Notes: generated from the letters alone by a model not told the origin. DNA of 64,000 nt from Candidatus Ozemobacteraceae bacterium (GCA_965140445.1 OZ223236.1:2528001-2592000), one strand, 5' to 3'; counted from the stretch's first letter, positions 39,817 to 49,681 are shown. A program made the numbers and translations.

Positions 39817-40944
39817 ATGATTCAAGGCGGAACAAGCGCGGCTGGTAGAGCAGCTAGAACCGGGTATACACAGTATTACATACCCTGTTTGCTTTTCGCG
39901 TCTTCTAAATCTGTCTTAGAAAAAATGCAGAATACAAAGCGCGTATCTGTTTATAACGCGTATGTAAAGATTGAAGATTTTGACGGCGGTTTGCAGCTTT
40001 TGAACAGTTGCAGCTATTTTCAAATTCAGAAATATGCTGGAGCCGGAATTGACAACGCTACTCTAACAATTCAAAGAGCGGAAATATGGGGGATTTGGCA
40101 AGATACATACAAAAACTTGTTAAAGCCGTCAAAGCGCTCTGTGACCATCTTTGCTGGAATTCCGGGAAAAGAAGAACAAGTTTTTTGTGGTCGAATAACC
40201 GGCTATCAAGAGAGCCAGGGCAGCGGCGGTGGGGCTATAAATCTGAATTTAAGTGATCATCGTTTGACTGTTCAGAGAACTACTACTACTCAAAAATACA
40301 CTGAGCACACTAGATTTTATGAAATTTCAAGAATTGCTGACGAAATTTTTAAAAATGCTGGTCAAGTTTTGCAAATAGCAGACACAGACACAGTATCAAC
40401 GTGGACGCCAACTGGCAACGGGCTAGAGTCAGCAAATCAAGCGCTTTCAGGAGAACCGGAATGGACTGGAGGCGCTCTAGTAACTATAAATTCAGGCAAT
40501 GTTTTAACAGTAACGAGTGATGATTTATTAATAATAAATGATTCTCTGATCAGTAATGCTTCAAGAAATTTTCACGATTCAAGCGCTTTTAACACTGTTA
40601 ATGTGAAAGGTTTAGTCGATGATGTTCTGACTACTGATATTGTTCAAGATGAAACAGACGCAAAAGATCGCGGAATAATAACATATAGCGCAATCGTCGG
40701 ATCTGAGCACGATAATATAGAGCAAGCAAAATTACAAGCCCAGAGGCTCATAGCACGAGCATTGAGCGGCGTTTTCAGATGTAATACTGTTTATTTGCCG
40801 TATTTGGAACCAGGGCAAATCGTAAAAATACAGAGTAATCGTTTTAACATTGCTCTATCGACTGCAAAAATAACTAGTGTTATGCAGCAATATCAAGTCG
40901 GAAATTGTAGCACGAGCATTAGCGGACTGGAGCTATTAGAATGA
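39817..40944 (+). CDS. Putative baseplate hub / tail protein
   Basis: VFCGRI, FNTVNVKG and LPYLEPGQIVKI patterns typical of hub proteins. Confidence 0.6.
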   Translation: MIQGGTSAAGRAARTGYTQYYIPCLLFASSKSVLEKMQNTKRVSVYNAYVKIEDFDGGLQLLNSCSYFQIQKYAGAGIDNATLTIQRAEIWGIWQDTYKNLLKPSKRSVTIFAGIPGKEEQVFCGRITGYQESQGSGGGAINLNLSDHRLTVQRTTTTQKYTEHTRFYEISRIADEIFKNAGQVLQIADTDTVSTWTPTGNGLESANQALSGEPEWTGGALVTINSGNVLTVTSDDLLIINDSLISNASRNFHDSSAFNTVNVKGLVDDVLTTDIVQDETDAKDRGIITYSAIVGSEHDNIEQAKLQAQRLIARALSGVFRCNTVYLPYLEPGQIVKIQSNRFNIALSTAKITSVMQQYQVGNCSTSISGLELLE

Positions 40945-41909
40945 TACTGCACGCTATTATAACAGCTATAGACGTACCAGAAAAAGGCTGGTATCAAGCT
41001 CTAACGAATTTCGGCACAACTGTCAATGCAGTTCGACTGAAAGGTACTGATAAAAAGTTTGCTAACGGGCAAATAGTTAGTGTTATTCAAAACGGCTCAG
41101 AGTTTGGTTTGACAGAGTTTGGCAAAACATCAGTGTTAAAAATTCCGGCTCTTTTGCGTAGCGGTTTAGCAGAACAATACAAAGCTGATACAGTTTTAGC
41201 ATATATTGCAACGCTAGCAAACAATGTTAAAAAACTCTATCACGTCGCAAAAGTTGAAAATGTTGCTTTAGACGCTCTAACTGTTTTGAATGAATTTACA
41301 AAACAGGTGCAATTGTTGAGTTGCAGCGAAGTTAGTGCGCTAGATTTTAAAATTAATGACAGAGTTTTAATAGAAATCGGAAAACCGTCAAAAATAATAG
41401 GTTGGTGGAACTGTGTCCCAGCAGCTGTTGACACAGGTTATGCAATAATAGCTATTGGTCGCAGAGCATACAGTCCTGATGTTTTTATACACAAAATCAG
41501 TTTTAAAGACGGTGAATACAGCGTCAGCAATGAAATTCGATTTGAAATGAATAATAGAGCTCTGACGTATGCAAACATTTTTACTCTAAAGAGCTTAGAC
41601 GCTGACGAGTATTTCTATTCAAGAGTAATAGCAACCGGAGCGCTAGACGTGCCAGCAGAGCTCCACTGGCTAAAATGGCGCAAGAATTTGACGAGCGTTG
41701 AAGAAATTACAGAATCAGAATATCTAGCAAAAGAAGCTATACAGCCAGTCTACACTATGACAACTGATAACAAAATTTGGTGGACTTCAGACAATTGCTA
41801 TATATCAGACACAGAAACAAGCTCTAAAACTCTTGTTTTCCCGTCTGGCGAGCCTTTCCAGGAGCAGTTTTTTCCGATTCAAGGCAAAATTTACAAGGAG
41901 TTTATTTAG
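40941..41909 (+). CDS. Phage tail-region hypothetical protein
   Basis: Coupled ORF within the tail operon. Confidence 0.65.
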   Translation: MILHAIITAIDVPEKGWYQALTNFGTTVNAVRLKGTDKKFANGQIVSVIQNGSEFGLTEFGKTSVLKIPALLRSGLAEQYKADTVLAYIATLANNVKKLYHVAKVENVALDALTVLNEFTKQVQLLSCSEVSALDFKINDRVLIEIGKPSKIIGWWNCVPAAVDTGYAIIAIGRRAYSPDVFIHKISFKDGEYSVSNEIRFEMNNRALTYANIFTLKSLDADEYFYSRVIATGALDVPAELHWLKWRKNLTSVEEITESEYLAKEAIQPVYTMTTDNKIWWTSDNCYISDTETSSKTLVFPSGEPFQEQFFPIQGKIYKEFI

Positions 41910-42322
41910 TGAGCAGTTCTGTACCATTCAAAATTAGTATTAATCCTGATCCTGCTTTGATAATTTTTGCCGGGAAAAAGACAGACTCTGTTAATTTCGA
42001 AATTACTAACGCAGATACTAGAAATATAACTAGTCTGCTCATTAGAGCTGTTAGAGCTGATTTGATGCCGCTGGGACTGATAAATAACGAAAATAGAGAA
42101 ACAAAACTAGCAGCCGGGGAGTCAATTGTTTTTAATCAGCGACTCGAAGCAAGAGCAACAGATTTTGACGAGTGGACAAGCTGCAATGACTGGAGCAGCG
42201 GTTTAGACCTGGGCGAATTTTCTCCAGGTCAAAGCAAAACTTTTCAAATCAGATTAAATCTACTCGACGAGCAAGAGACAGAGCTAAAACAGGGCTTTTC
42301 GATCATGCTCGCAATAATCTAA
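41909..42322 (+). CDS. Phage tail-region hypothetical protein
   Basis: GTG start overlapping the previous stop; AAGGAG RBS. Confidence 0.65.
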   Translation: MSSSVPFKISINPDPALIIFAGKKTDSVNFEITNADTRNITSLLIRAVRADLMPLGLINNENRETKLAAGESIVFNQRLEARATDFDEWTSCNDWSSGLDLGEFSPGQSKTFQIRLNLLDEQETELKQGFSIMLAII

Positions 42323-42335
42323 GGAGGCGCTGAAA

Positions 42336-42683
42336 ATGGCAGATACAACAAATTTAGACGCGATTATAGACGCTGGAGTCAGCGCTATAGCAACAGTTGA
42401 GCTGTGGACTGAAATCCGCGATTTACTGAAAGCAGTTTCAGGTGAAACAGGCTCTGTAACGCTAGCTGGCAGAAATACAGGCGTTGAAGTTAGTTTGACG
42501 ACAACGTTTGATGCTACTACAGACTATGATGTTTTCTTTTATATCGAGAAAGCTGCTGCTGCAAAGACAGGCAGCATAGGTGAAGTGACTATTACAAAAA
42601 ATTCAGGTAGTGCGTTTACTGTGAAAAATTCAGGATCTGACTCACTATCTACTCTGAATTACAAAGTTATGAAGAGAGCTTAA
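42336..42683 (+). CDS. Phage tail-region hypothetical protein
   Basis: AAGGAGG RBS; beta-rich sequence. Confidence 0.7.
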   Translation: MADTTNLDAIIDAGVSAIATVELWTEIRDLLKAVSGETGSVTLAGRNTGVEVSLTTTFDATTDYDVFFYIEKAAAAKTGSIGEVTITKNSGSAFTVKNSGSDSLSTLNYKVMKRA

Positions 42684-42685
42684 CT

Positions 42686-43480
42686 ATGAAAAAACTATTA
42701 TTAATAATACTTATAATGCTTTCTAGCAGATGTTTTGCAATAGACAACAACATTGTTTTTGTGAACCACTTTGACGGTTTAGTTAGTAATCAAGACTTTA
42801 CTTGTGATTACATGCCCTTTTATACGTTCTATGCAACTCAAAATGCAAACAATGCAGGTATACCGCGCCTTGACGGAGCTGGCAAATGGGGACAGAGCTA
42901 TAATGCAGGTCAAAGCAGTAGATACTCGTATTGCTATAATTATACAGACTTTAACGTCAACACAGTGCTTGAAAATGACTTCACTATCGACTTTTGGCTA
43001 TATCTTACAAGCGCTGACGCTGGAATTGACACAGGCTATGTTTTAAGAGCTGGCAGCTTTTCAACTTATGTATTGATGCAAGACTACACAGTAAAAATGA
43101 GCTTTACTGACGGCTCAGGCAGTGGCTACGTAAACTATCAAGTTGATGATTTTATTCACTACGCGTTTGTGCGAAGCGGAAACACTTTAAAAGCGTATAG
43201 AAACGGAATTTTGCAAGCTACTAGCGCAACAACTGCACCGGCTTTGAATATTTCAAACATCAGATTGGGGCGCGAGTTCATAAGCGGCGATGCTTTCACA
43301 AATGTAAATTTTTTAATGGACGAACTGAGAGTTAGCAGAAAAGCAGAATGGTTAGAAAATTTCACGCCTCCAGCTGCTCCTTATTCTTACGCGCCGATTT
43401 ATGCAAACATCAGACTTGGAACAAGCGGAGAAATAAAACTAGGCTCAGATGGGCTGATAAAGCTGGATTGGAGGCAATAA
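42686..43480 (+). CDS. LamG/concanavalin-like domain protein with signal-peptide-like N-terminus
   Basis: DFTIDFW..HYAFVRSG..YRNG..MDELRVS..FTPPAAPY; N-terminus MKKLLLIILIMLSSRCFA. Confidence 0.85.
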   Translation: MKKLLLIILIMLSSRCFAIDNNIVFVNHFDGLVSNQDFTCDYMPFYTFYATQNANNAGIPRLDGAGKWGQSYNAGQSSRYSYCYNYTDFNVNTVLENDFTIDFWLYLTSADAGIDTGYVLRAGSFSTYVLMQDYTVKMSFTDGSGSGYVNYQVDDFIHYAFVRSGNTLKAYRNGILQATSATTAPALNISNIRLGREFISGDAFTNVNFLMDELRVSRKAEWLENFTPPAAPYSYAPIYANIRLGTSGEIKLGSDGLIKLDWRQ

Positions 43481-43482
43481 AA

Positions 43483-44976
43483 ATGAATGAATCTCCTGAA
43501 AATATTTTTCTTACTGAAGACGATATAGAAAAAACTAGCACTAGTCTTGTTATTGCTGACAATAAAATTGTTGTAAACGGCATTGACGGCGGCTTCTATG
43601 ATGATTTTTCGAGCGGAGACTTGAGCAGATATATTAGTTCTAACGCTGTGATAGAGGGCGGCAATGTTAGATTTACAGATAGCACAAGTAACATAGTTTA
43701 TAACAACTATATTGTTTCAGATATTATTCCGATCACTGGTACTCAATACTACGGAATTCAAGCGGGAGTTTACGAAGTCAAAGCAAGACGAATTGCTATT
43801 GATACTGTAAATAATAACTATTTATATTTTACAACTGATTTGATGACGCCGGTGCGCTATAACAACTCCAGCGGTTTTTATATGTATTACACAAAAGATG
43901 TTGTTTATATATACGCTTTCGGCGGAAGCACTACAGCTAGTTTTCAGTATACTACTGCTCAAATTCCGATCGGCGCTGAAATAACATTTAGAATAGTTGA
44001 CGAGTCTCCGCTCGGCAGCTCGTTACAGAATGCTACTAGAATGTATTTTAAAATTAACAACGAAGAATGGATAAACACAGGAATCGGCGGAATAAATAGA
44101 GGCTACGTCGGTTTCGGCTTGTTATATGCTTACTCTAGCGTCAACAGTTTTGAATTTTTGAACTTCGCAATTTATGGCTATCCTGAAAAAATCACTCTAA
44201 CGCTCAATAAAACTAGCTCTCTAGTAGCTGATTTACCAGCTAAGCTTAAAACACTTGATTCTATTTCTTTAACAACAGAAGACAGCAAACAAGGTTCTAT
44301 AGCTCTATCGTTGCAGAAAAAAGACGCAAGACTAGCAGAATGGTCGGATCTAGACGACAAAATAGCTGAGTTTTCGACTGTTGCTGACGTGAAAAATGGC
44401 GGCTCTTTTATTGCTCCAGTTCAAGAGCCAGCTCCGGAGCGTGAATTTATCATCAAGCTTGAATATTCAAACGGCGGAGTCAGCGGCTATAACACTATTA
44501 ATTTGCCGCTGCAAATAAGCTGGACAAGCGATATTGAAGCGCCGCTCAGTCCGTCAGCTAGCGAAGTTAACCAATTTGGAGAAGCTGGCGCAGTTTTAAA
44601 AGCTGCTGATGCTTTGTTAGAAGATGTTTACGGCGCACAAATAGAAGTAGATATTAACAATAACGGCTATTTGCCGCTTTCTGAGCGCAGCATACTAGAA
44701 ACTGACAACAACCATTTAATTTTGCGTTCAACGACTGGCGAGAAACAGCGAGCAGGTGAGCACAACAGCTTAGTCTATGCGCTCACAGGGCTAAATATTG
44801 ACGACACTATACGAATTAGATCGCGTTTTGTTGACGAAGTTGGCAACGCGTCAGCATTCAAAAATTCAGGATTAATAACTATAAAAGGCACTCTCTACGC
44901 TCAAGTGCCAGTAAAAAATTTCAAAACAAGCTGGAAAACAGCAACAAAATGGGGGGCGAAATGGACAACAAGCTAA
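43483..44976 (+). CDS. Phage tail-associated beta-rich protein
   Basis: ATG at 43483 after GGAGG; lectin-like composition. Confidence 0.7.
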   Translation: MNESPENIFLTEDDIEKTSTSLVIADNKIVVNGIDGGFYDDFSSGDLSRYISSNAVIEGGNVRFTDSTSNIVYNNYIVSDIIPITGTQYYGIQAGVYEVKARRIAIDTVNNNYLYFTTDLMTPVRYNNSSGFYMYYTKDVVYIYAFGGSTTASFQYTTAQIPIGAEITFRIVDESPLGSSLQNATRMYFKINNEEWINTGIGGINRGYVGFGLLYAYSSVNSFEFLNFAIYGYPEKITLTLNKTSSLVADLPAKLKTLDSISLTTEDSKQGSIALSLQKKDARLAEWSDLDDKIAEFSTVADVKNGGSFIAPVQEPAPEREFIIKLEYSNGGVSGYNTINLPLQISWTSDIEAPLSPSASEVNQFGEAGAVLKAADALLEDVYGAQIEVDINNNGYLPLSERSILETDNNHLILRSTTGEKQRAGEHNSLVYALTGLNIDDTIRIRSRFVDEVGNASAFKNSGLITIKGTLYAQVPVKNFKTSWKTATKWGAKWTTS

Positions 44977-45278
44977 TAGTCGGTGAGTCACACGATCCAA
45001 TTTTAGAACTAACTGACGAAAATAACGAAATAATGGATCTAGAAGGCGCAAGCGTAAAGTATGGCATGAAAAAAAACAAAAATAGTGCGTATGCTCACGC
45101 GTCTATGCCAATTTCTGGTACTGCGAGCCTGGGTCAAGCTTCAGTAGAAGTTTCAGCAGCAGTAACAGCTGAAATAGAGCTCGGGCGCTATATAGAAGAA
45201 TTTGAAATAACATTAGCAAACGGAAAAACAAAGAAATTTCAGCGCTCAATATCTGTCGAATGGGCTGTCAATACATAA
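44961..45278 (+). CDS. BppU-like baseplate upper domain protein
   Basis: MDLEGASVKY..GRYIEEFEIT..GKTKKF pattern. Confidence 0.6.
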   Translation: MDNKLIVGESHDPILELTDENNEIMDLEGASVKYGMKKNKNSAYAHASMPISGTASLGQASVEVSAAVTAEIELGRYIEEFEITLANGKTKKFQRSISVEWAVNT

Positions 45279-45290
45279 AAGGAGACAAAC

Positions 45291-47057
45291 ATGAAAAAAT
45301 TTTTATTATTAATAATGATACTGATAACTAGTATAGCTAGTGCTCAGAGCTATGATTCAGCAGAAGATATAGGGCTAAGTCCTTATGATGTTGCTGAATA
45401 TATGCTCAGAAACGGCAATATAGCAAGTGGTACTACAGCTCCAACAGTTACAGCTGGTATACCTGACGGTGCGCTATATTGGCAGACACAGCCTAGCATT
45501 GTGTTGTGGGTTAAGCTCGATGGAAGCTGGGAGCCTGGAGCCGGGGCAGTTGATCCGATCGCTATTCATTTAGCTGAGCTCGGAGAGAAGAGCTACAACA
45601 GTCTCGACGATAAACCGCTTATTCCTGAAAATTTGGCTGATTTGACAGAAAAGAGCTATAACACACTAACAGACAAGCCAACATCTGCCAGCTGGAATTT
45701 AGCAGAGCTTAACGAAAAAAGTTTTGCAAGTTTAGCAAGTAAACCAACGACTTTAAACGGCTACGGCATTATAGACGGAGTGCTAGACTCAGTTTTCAGC
45801 TCTCATGTTTCAGAGTTTAACTCTCACGTTAATACAGTTGTTGACGCGCATTCAGCCAATCAGAGAATATCACAAACTCTGACGATCGGCGCAGATAACG
45901 ACTCGAATGCGTTTTTGGGCTACGCAGGAGCTGGCACAGTAGCAGTCGGTGATTATTTAATGGTACCTTATACTGCTACAGCTCCGACGACTATAAATAG
46001 CGGCTCAGCGCTGTTTTGGTGCGACTCAAACACGAATCAAGTAAAAATATACAACGGAAAAACAGGAGAGTGGCTGATTATCGGCAGCATTTATAGTGTT
46101 GACGCAGATTTTGGTATTAAAAATGAGTCATATCTAAATTTATATTCAAACGATAATGTAGGAGAAAACATCAGAGCTAGACTAAGATGTATTGGAAGCG
46201 CGACGGGCAGCGGATATGGCGGAGATTTTGTATTAGAAACTAGAAATGGATCGAATGTTTGGAATTCTAACGCGTTTACTCTGAAAGAAAATGGAAACAT
46301 TTTAATAAATACAGCAACAGACGACAGCTACTACAAACTACAGCTCGCAGGAAATGCAAAATTTTATTCAACTTCGGGCGGTTCAATTGGTGAAGATGAT
46401 CCGGCTGTTGCTAATCTTTTTACTAATACACCGAATGGCGGCGGTGGCTTATTCAATGTTTTGCAATTGCATCTTGATAGAGCAGCAAACAACGACGGAG
46501 CAGCTTTAACGTTTGCAGCTAACGATGCAGGAGGCAGCAGGCGCACTCTAGCGCTAATTGGTGCAGCTCCCAGTGACACAACAGACGGATCGCCAGACGG
46601 TTACATGGTTTTTTACACTTGCGCAGGCACTATGCTAGAGAGAATGAGGCTGACTAAAAGCGGTAATCTTTTAATAAATACAGCAACAGACGATGGAATT
46701 AACAAACTACAAGTTAATGGAAGCGTTAAATTTGACGCTGGTTCATCAGTTTGTCGATTCAAAGAAATAACTTTAGCTGACAATCAAACACTTGATTTAA
46801 GAAGTTTTTTCGGAAATGCAAACTATATGTTCGGAAATTTAAAAATAGTTGCTATTGAAAATTCAGGCAGTGCGGCTGATGTTTTTTTGACTGGATCATA
46901 TAATACTGTAAATTTGTATTCAGTTGCTGGCTCAGTCGTGAACACTTCAACAGACGGCTATATTTGCGTATATCCAGCCGGAAGCGGTGAATACACTCTC
47001 GAAAACAAGCTCGGTACTTCGACTGTAATCTCACTATTTTATCAGGGGATACAATAA
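45291..47057 (+). CDS. Tail fibre / receptor-binding protein with signal-peptide-like N-terminus
   Basis: SYNxLxDKP repeats, KPTTLNGYGI, ERMRLTKSGNLLINT and KLQVNG fibre motifs. Confidence 0.8.
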   Translation: MKKFLLLIMILITSIASAQSYDSAEDIGLSPYDVAEYMLRNGNIASGTTAPTVTAGIPDGALYWQTQPSIVLWVKLDGSWEPGAGAVDPIAIHLAELGEKSYNSLDDKPLIPENLADLTEKSYNTLTDKPTSASWNLAELNEKSFASLASKPTTLNGYGIIDGVLDSVFSSHVSEFNSHVNTVVDAHSANQRISQTLTIGADNDSNAFLGYAGAGTVAVGDYLMVPYTATAPTTINSGSALFWCDSNTNQVKIYNGKTGEWLIIGSIYSVDADFGIKNESYLNLYSNDNVGENIRARLRCIGSATGSGYGGDFVLETRNGSNVWNSNAFTLKENGNILINTATDDSYYKLQLAGNAKFYSTSGGSIGEDDPAVANLFTNTPNGGGGLFNVLQLHLDRAANNDGAALTFAANDAGGSRRTLALIGAAPSDTTDGSPDGYMVFYTCAGTMLERMRLTKSGNLLINTATDDGINKLQVNGSVKFDAGSSVCRFKEITLADNQTLDLRSFFGNANYMFGNLKIVAIENSGSAADVFLTGSYNTVNLYSVAGSVVNTSTDGYICVYPAGSGEYTLENKLGTSTVISLFYQGIQ

Positions 47058-47058
47058 C

Positions 47059-47535
47059 ATGAAGAAATCATTAATATTTTTACTAATAACAATTTCTATT
47101 TTGCTTGTGACTGTTTCTGTATCAGCTCAAAACGCTAGCTATTCAGCTAGCTATGATATTGAGACTGTTGTTAATAATAAAGTTGAGCAAATCAAAATAA
47201 ACTTTCTTGATGCAGTATTGAGCACTATTTCTGTCTTTCTGTTGTTTGTAGTAGCTCAGATTAAAGCATATTTTGCTCAAGCAACGAAAGAAAAACAGCA
47301 CAAGCGCGGCTCAAGCGTCGTCGAAGATAGTTTGTTTTCTGCAATTTTTGAAGCTGATAGCACGCTTGAAAAAGTTTTAGCAAGTAAAGCTGAGCGCGTT
47401 CGTGTATCTGTAATTTGGGCTTCTATAGCTAAGACAAGACTAAAAGAATTAGCAGGATTTAAAAAAGCGGACTTAAATAATTGGATTTCAACACAACAAA
47501 CAATCATTTTGAGCAAAAAAGCTCAAGGAGTCTAA
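47059..47535 (+). CDS. Membrane protein in lysis region (holin-like?)
   Basis: Signal-like N-terminus plus one more TM. Confidence 0.55.
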   Translation: MKKSLIFLLITISILLVTVSVSAQNASYSASYDIETVVNNKVEQIKINFLDAVLSTISVFLLFVVAQIKAYFAQATKEKQHKRGSSVVEDSLFSAIFEADSTLEKVLASKAERVRVSVIWASIAKTRLKELAGFKKADLNNWISTQQTIILSKKAQGV

Positions 47536-47639
47536 AAAATGAGATACCATATTTCGCCCGATTTATTATTTGTATATTTAGTTCTTGTGATTTTGTGCTT
47601 TCATGTTGCTGTTCCAGTGTTTTTCAGGAGCGTGAAATT

Positions 47640-48200
47640 ATGGCTAAGCTAGTGAGAATGAACGAAAACGACAAAAATTGTGGTTTAGTTGCTATGCAAA
47701 TAGCGAGCAAGCTCGACTATGAAAAAATAAAAAATTCCTGGGCGGGCGGCTGGCTATCAGATAGCACAGACAAAGGAGCGGTTGGAGTACCTAACGACAC
47801 TCCGCTAGATCACTTTTCAACGCTCGAAAAACTCAAGTTAAAATTTAGAATTGTAACATGCAATGAAATCTTGAACGGCTCTTGTAGAGCTAGAAAAACA
47901 GTAATTTTGTTGCACTTGTCGAGCAGTTCAAAAAAAACAATTTGGGAAAAAATAAAAAACTGGTTTAGAGCAACTCTAGCGCAGCATTGGTGCGTATTAG
48001 AGTCAGTAGATATTAAAAATCAAGTTTTGACTGTAGATTGGCTCTACTCAGATCAGAAAACAAAAACATTTTCTTTTTCAGAGTTTGAACAGCTATACAG
48101 TGCTGGCACGCCAGCATGTGCGTATGAAATCGGCAGCGGCAATTACAAGGTTAAATGGTATCAGAGATTACTAGCAAAAATTTCTGGAAAATGGATCTAG
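47640..48200 (+). CDS. Putative C39-like cysteine peptidase
   Basis: ATG at 47640 after AGGAG; NCGLVAM and QHWCVL..D spacing of a papain-fold C39 domain. Confidence 0.55.
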   Translation: MAKLVRMNENDKNCGLVAMQIASKLDYEKIKNSWAGGWLSDSTDKGAVGVPNDTPLDHFSTLEKLKLKFRIVTCNEILNGSCRARKTVILLHLSSSSKKTIWEKIKNWFRATLAQHWCVLESVDIKNQVLTVDWLYSDQKTKTFSFSEFEQLYSAGTPACAYEIGSGNYKVKWYQRLLAKISGKWI

Positions 48201-48209
48201 GAGATTATT

Positions 48210-48509
48210 ATGAGCGACTTAGCAGATCTCAACGAAAAACGAATAGATAGACTAGAAAACAGTGTTATTGAAATGAAAAAAGAGCTGAAAGTAGCTATTA
48301 AAGAAGGGTTCAAAGAATGCAGAGAAATTGCTCCGCTGACTTGTCCAAACTCGAAAAAATTAAGCTTGTCTAGTGCAATTATGCTCTGTAGCGTGCTGTG
48401 CGGGGTGTTTTTATTTCTCGCAAAAATTGGAGTTTTAGAAAACATTTCAATAAAAAAACAAACTAAAACTAGTATTAGCAGTGACAGACAAGAAGGAGCT
48501 AATAAATGA
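48210..48509 (+). CDS. Putative holin / single-TM lysis protein
   Basis: Coiled N-terminus plus TM, overlapping the endolysin start. Confidence 0.5.
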   Translation: MSDLADLNEKRIDRLENSVIEMKKELKVAIKEGFKECREIAPLTCPNSKKLSLSSAIMLCSVLCGVFLFLAKIGVLENISIKKQTKTSISSDRQEGANK

Positions 48510-49030
48510 AAATAGCACTAGTCGTCGGACACTCTAAAAAAGCAAAAGGGGCTCGAAACAGAGCGTCAAAAATGACTGAATTTGACTATAATGACGAGCT
48601 CGTTAAAAAAATAGCTGTTATGCTCAATAAAAGGGGCATAGACAACGTAATTGTCTATCGAGATAGCTATAGTGCTCTACCGGGAAAAATTAACGCTAAG
48701 AAGCCCACTTTTATTTTGAGCTTTCACGCGAACAGTTGCAAAAATGATGCTGTGTCTGGCTCAGAAGTTCTTTACTACAAAGATAGTAAAAAAGGAAAAT
48801 TGCTTGCTCAAGTTATGCTCAATGCAATTGTAAAGACTCTTGAACTTAGAAATAGAGGCATAAAGCCGCGCTCAGAGAGCGATCGTGGCGGATATTTGCT
48901 AAAAAATACTCATGCAGCTTGTGTCATACTAGAGCCTTTTTTTATTAATAATAATGCTGATTGCGAGACAGCTACGAATAAACTCGACGAGCTCGCTGTA
49001 TCTATAGCTCTAGCTATTGAAAATATATGA
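48506..49030 (+). CDS. Endolysin, N-acetylmuramoyl-L-alanine amidase (Amidase_3)
   Basis: VVGH, E, SFHAN and ILEPFFI zinc-amidase motifs. Confidence 0.93.
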   Translation: MKIALVVGHSKKAKGARNRASKMTEFDYNDELVKKIAVMLNKRGIDNVIVYRDSYSALPGKINAKKPTFILSFHANSCKNDAVSGSEVLYYKDSKKGKLLAQVMLNAIVKTLELRNRGIKPRSESDRGGYLLKNTHAACVILEPFFINNNADCETATNKLDELAVSIALAIENI

Positions 49031-49104
49031 AAAAATTGTAGTAGATGCAAAACTAGCTAAACATTGCATGCTATCAAAATAAAGTTTTTTTGCCTCCTCC
49101 CTTT

Positions 49105-49130
49105 ACTCCCAGAGCTCTGGGAGTTTTTTT
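49105..49130 (+). terminator. Terminator of the late operon
   Basis: actcccagagctctgggagt palindrome plus T run. Confidence 0.85.
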
Positions 49131-49213
49131 ATTATTAATAATGATTAATTTCAAATTTCTTGAACAGCATAAACTATTTATATGACGATAAAAAATTTTT
49201 GGAGGTTTTTAAA

Positions 49214-49372
49214 ATGTTTGATACTACTAAATTGAGTGCTGAAGAGCTTATGAACTATAATCTAGCAAAAGAAATATCAAAAAGTCTATTAAAAGAGCTT
49301 GAAACAGACGTAGAAACTGGCAGAATACAAGACTTGAGACTAGTTAGACTAGTAGACGAGCTGAAAAAATAA
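49214..49372 (+). CDS. 52-aa stand-alone phage protein (moron-like)
   Basis: GGAGG RBS at 49201; flanked by terminators at 49105 and 49392-49420. Confidence 0.65.
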   Translation: MFDTTKLSAEELMNYNLAKEISKSLLKELETDVETGRIQDLRLVRLVDELKK

Positions 49373-49675
49373 AAAAGCCAGGAGAACAAGAAGCCCCCAT
49401 TTTTGGGGGCTCTTTTTTTTAACAATTTAATTTTCAAATTTTCGAGAGAAATGTTTTATTACACAGAACATTTTTTCAAACAATTCTATAGAGCAAGCTG
49501 GCGCATTGAAGTTGTTTAAGCAATGCAAATTTTTTCTCGCTATAAAATTCTTTGAGTATCTGTATTTATTATACTGTTGTTCATGAATGTTTTAGCATAT
49601 TTAATAATATTATAAAAATATGGCTGTATTGCTCTATTTAAAAGAGTTTCCCAGGTCGGTAAAAGTTGACAAATT

Positions 49676-49681
49676 GTGGTA
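49676..49681 (+). repeat. attR core GTGGTA
   Basis: Immediately followed by radC codons CAC AAT CAC CCG. Confidence 0.9.

Larger units (their letters stand above)
21550..49681 (+). mobile_element. Prophage (28,132 bp, siphovirus-like) integrated in radC by a large serine recombinase
   Basis: att cores, integrase, terminase, portal, capsid, tail, tape measure and amidase, all on the + strand. Confidence 0.95.

Noticed and set aside
46300..46693. Fibre duplication as a diversity-generating retroelement TR/VR pair
   Set aside because: No reverse transcriptase in the window; the repeat is short, in-frame and lacks adenine-specific mismatches
49640..49675. Strong inverted-repeat symmetry of attP arms
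   Set aside because: Only patchy complementarity to 21550-21585 by eye; not enough to define binding sites
21550..49681. Alternative genetic code or restriction-site (e.g. GGCC) avoidance in the prophage
   Set aside because: Genes are full length in the standard code with all three stops used; k-mer bias was only an impression and needs counting
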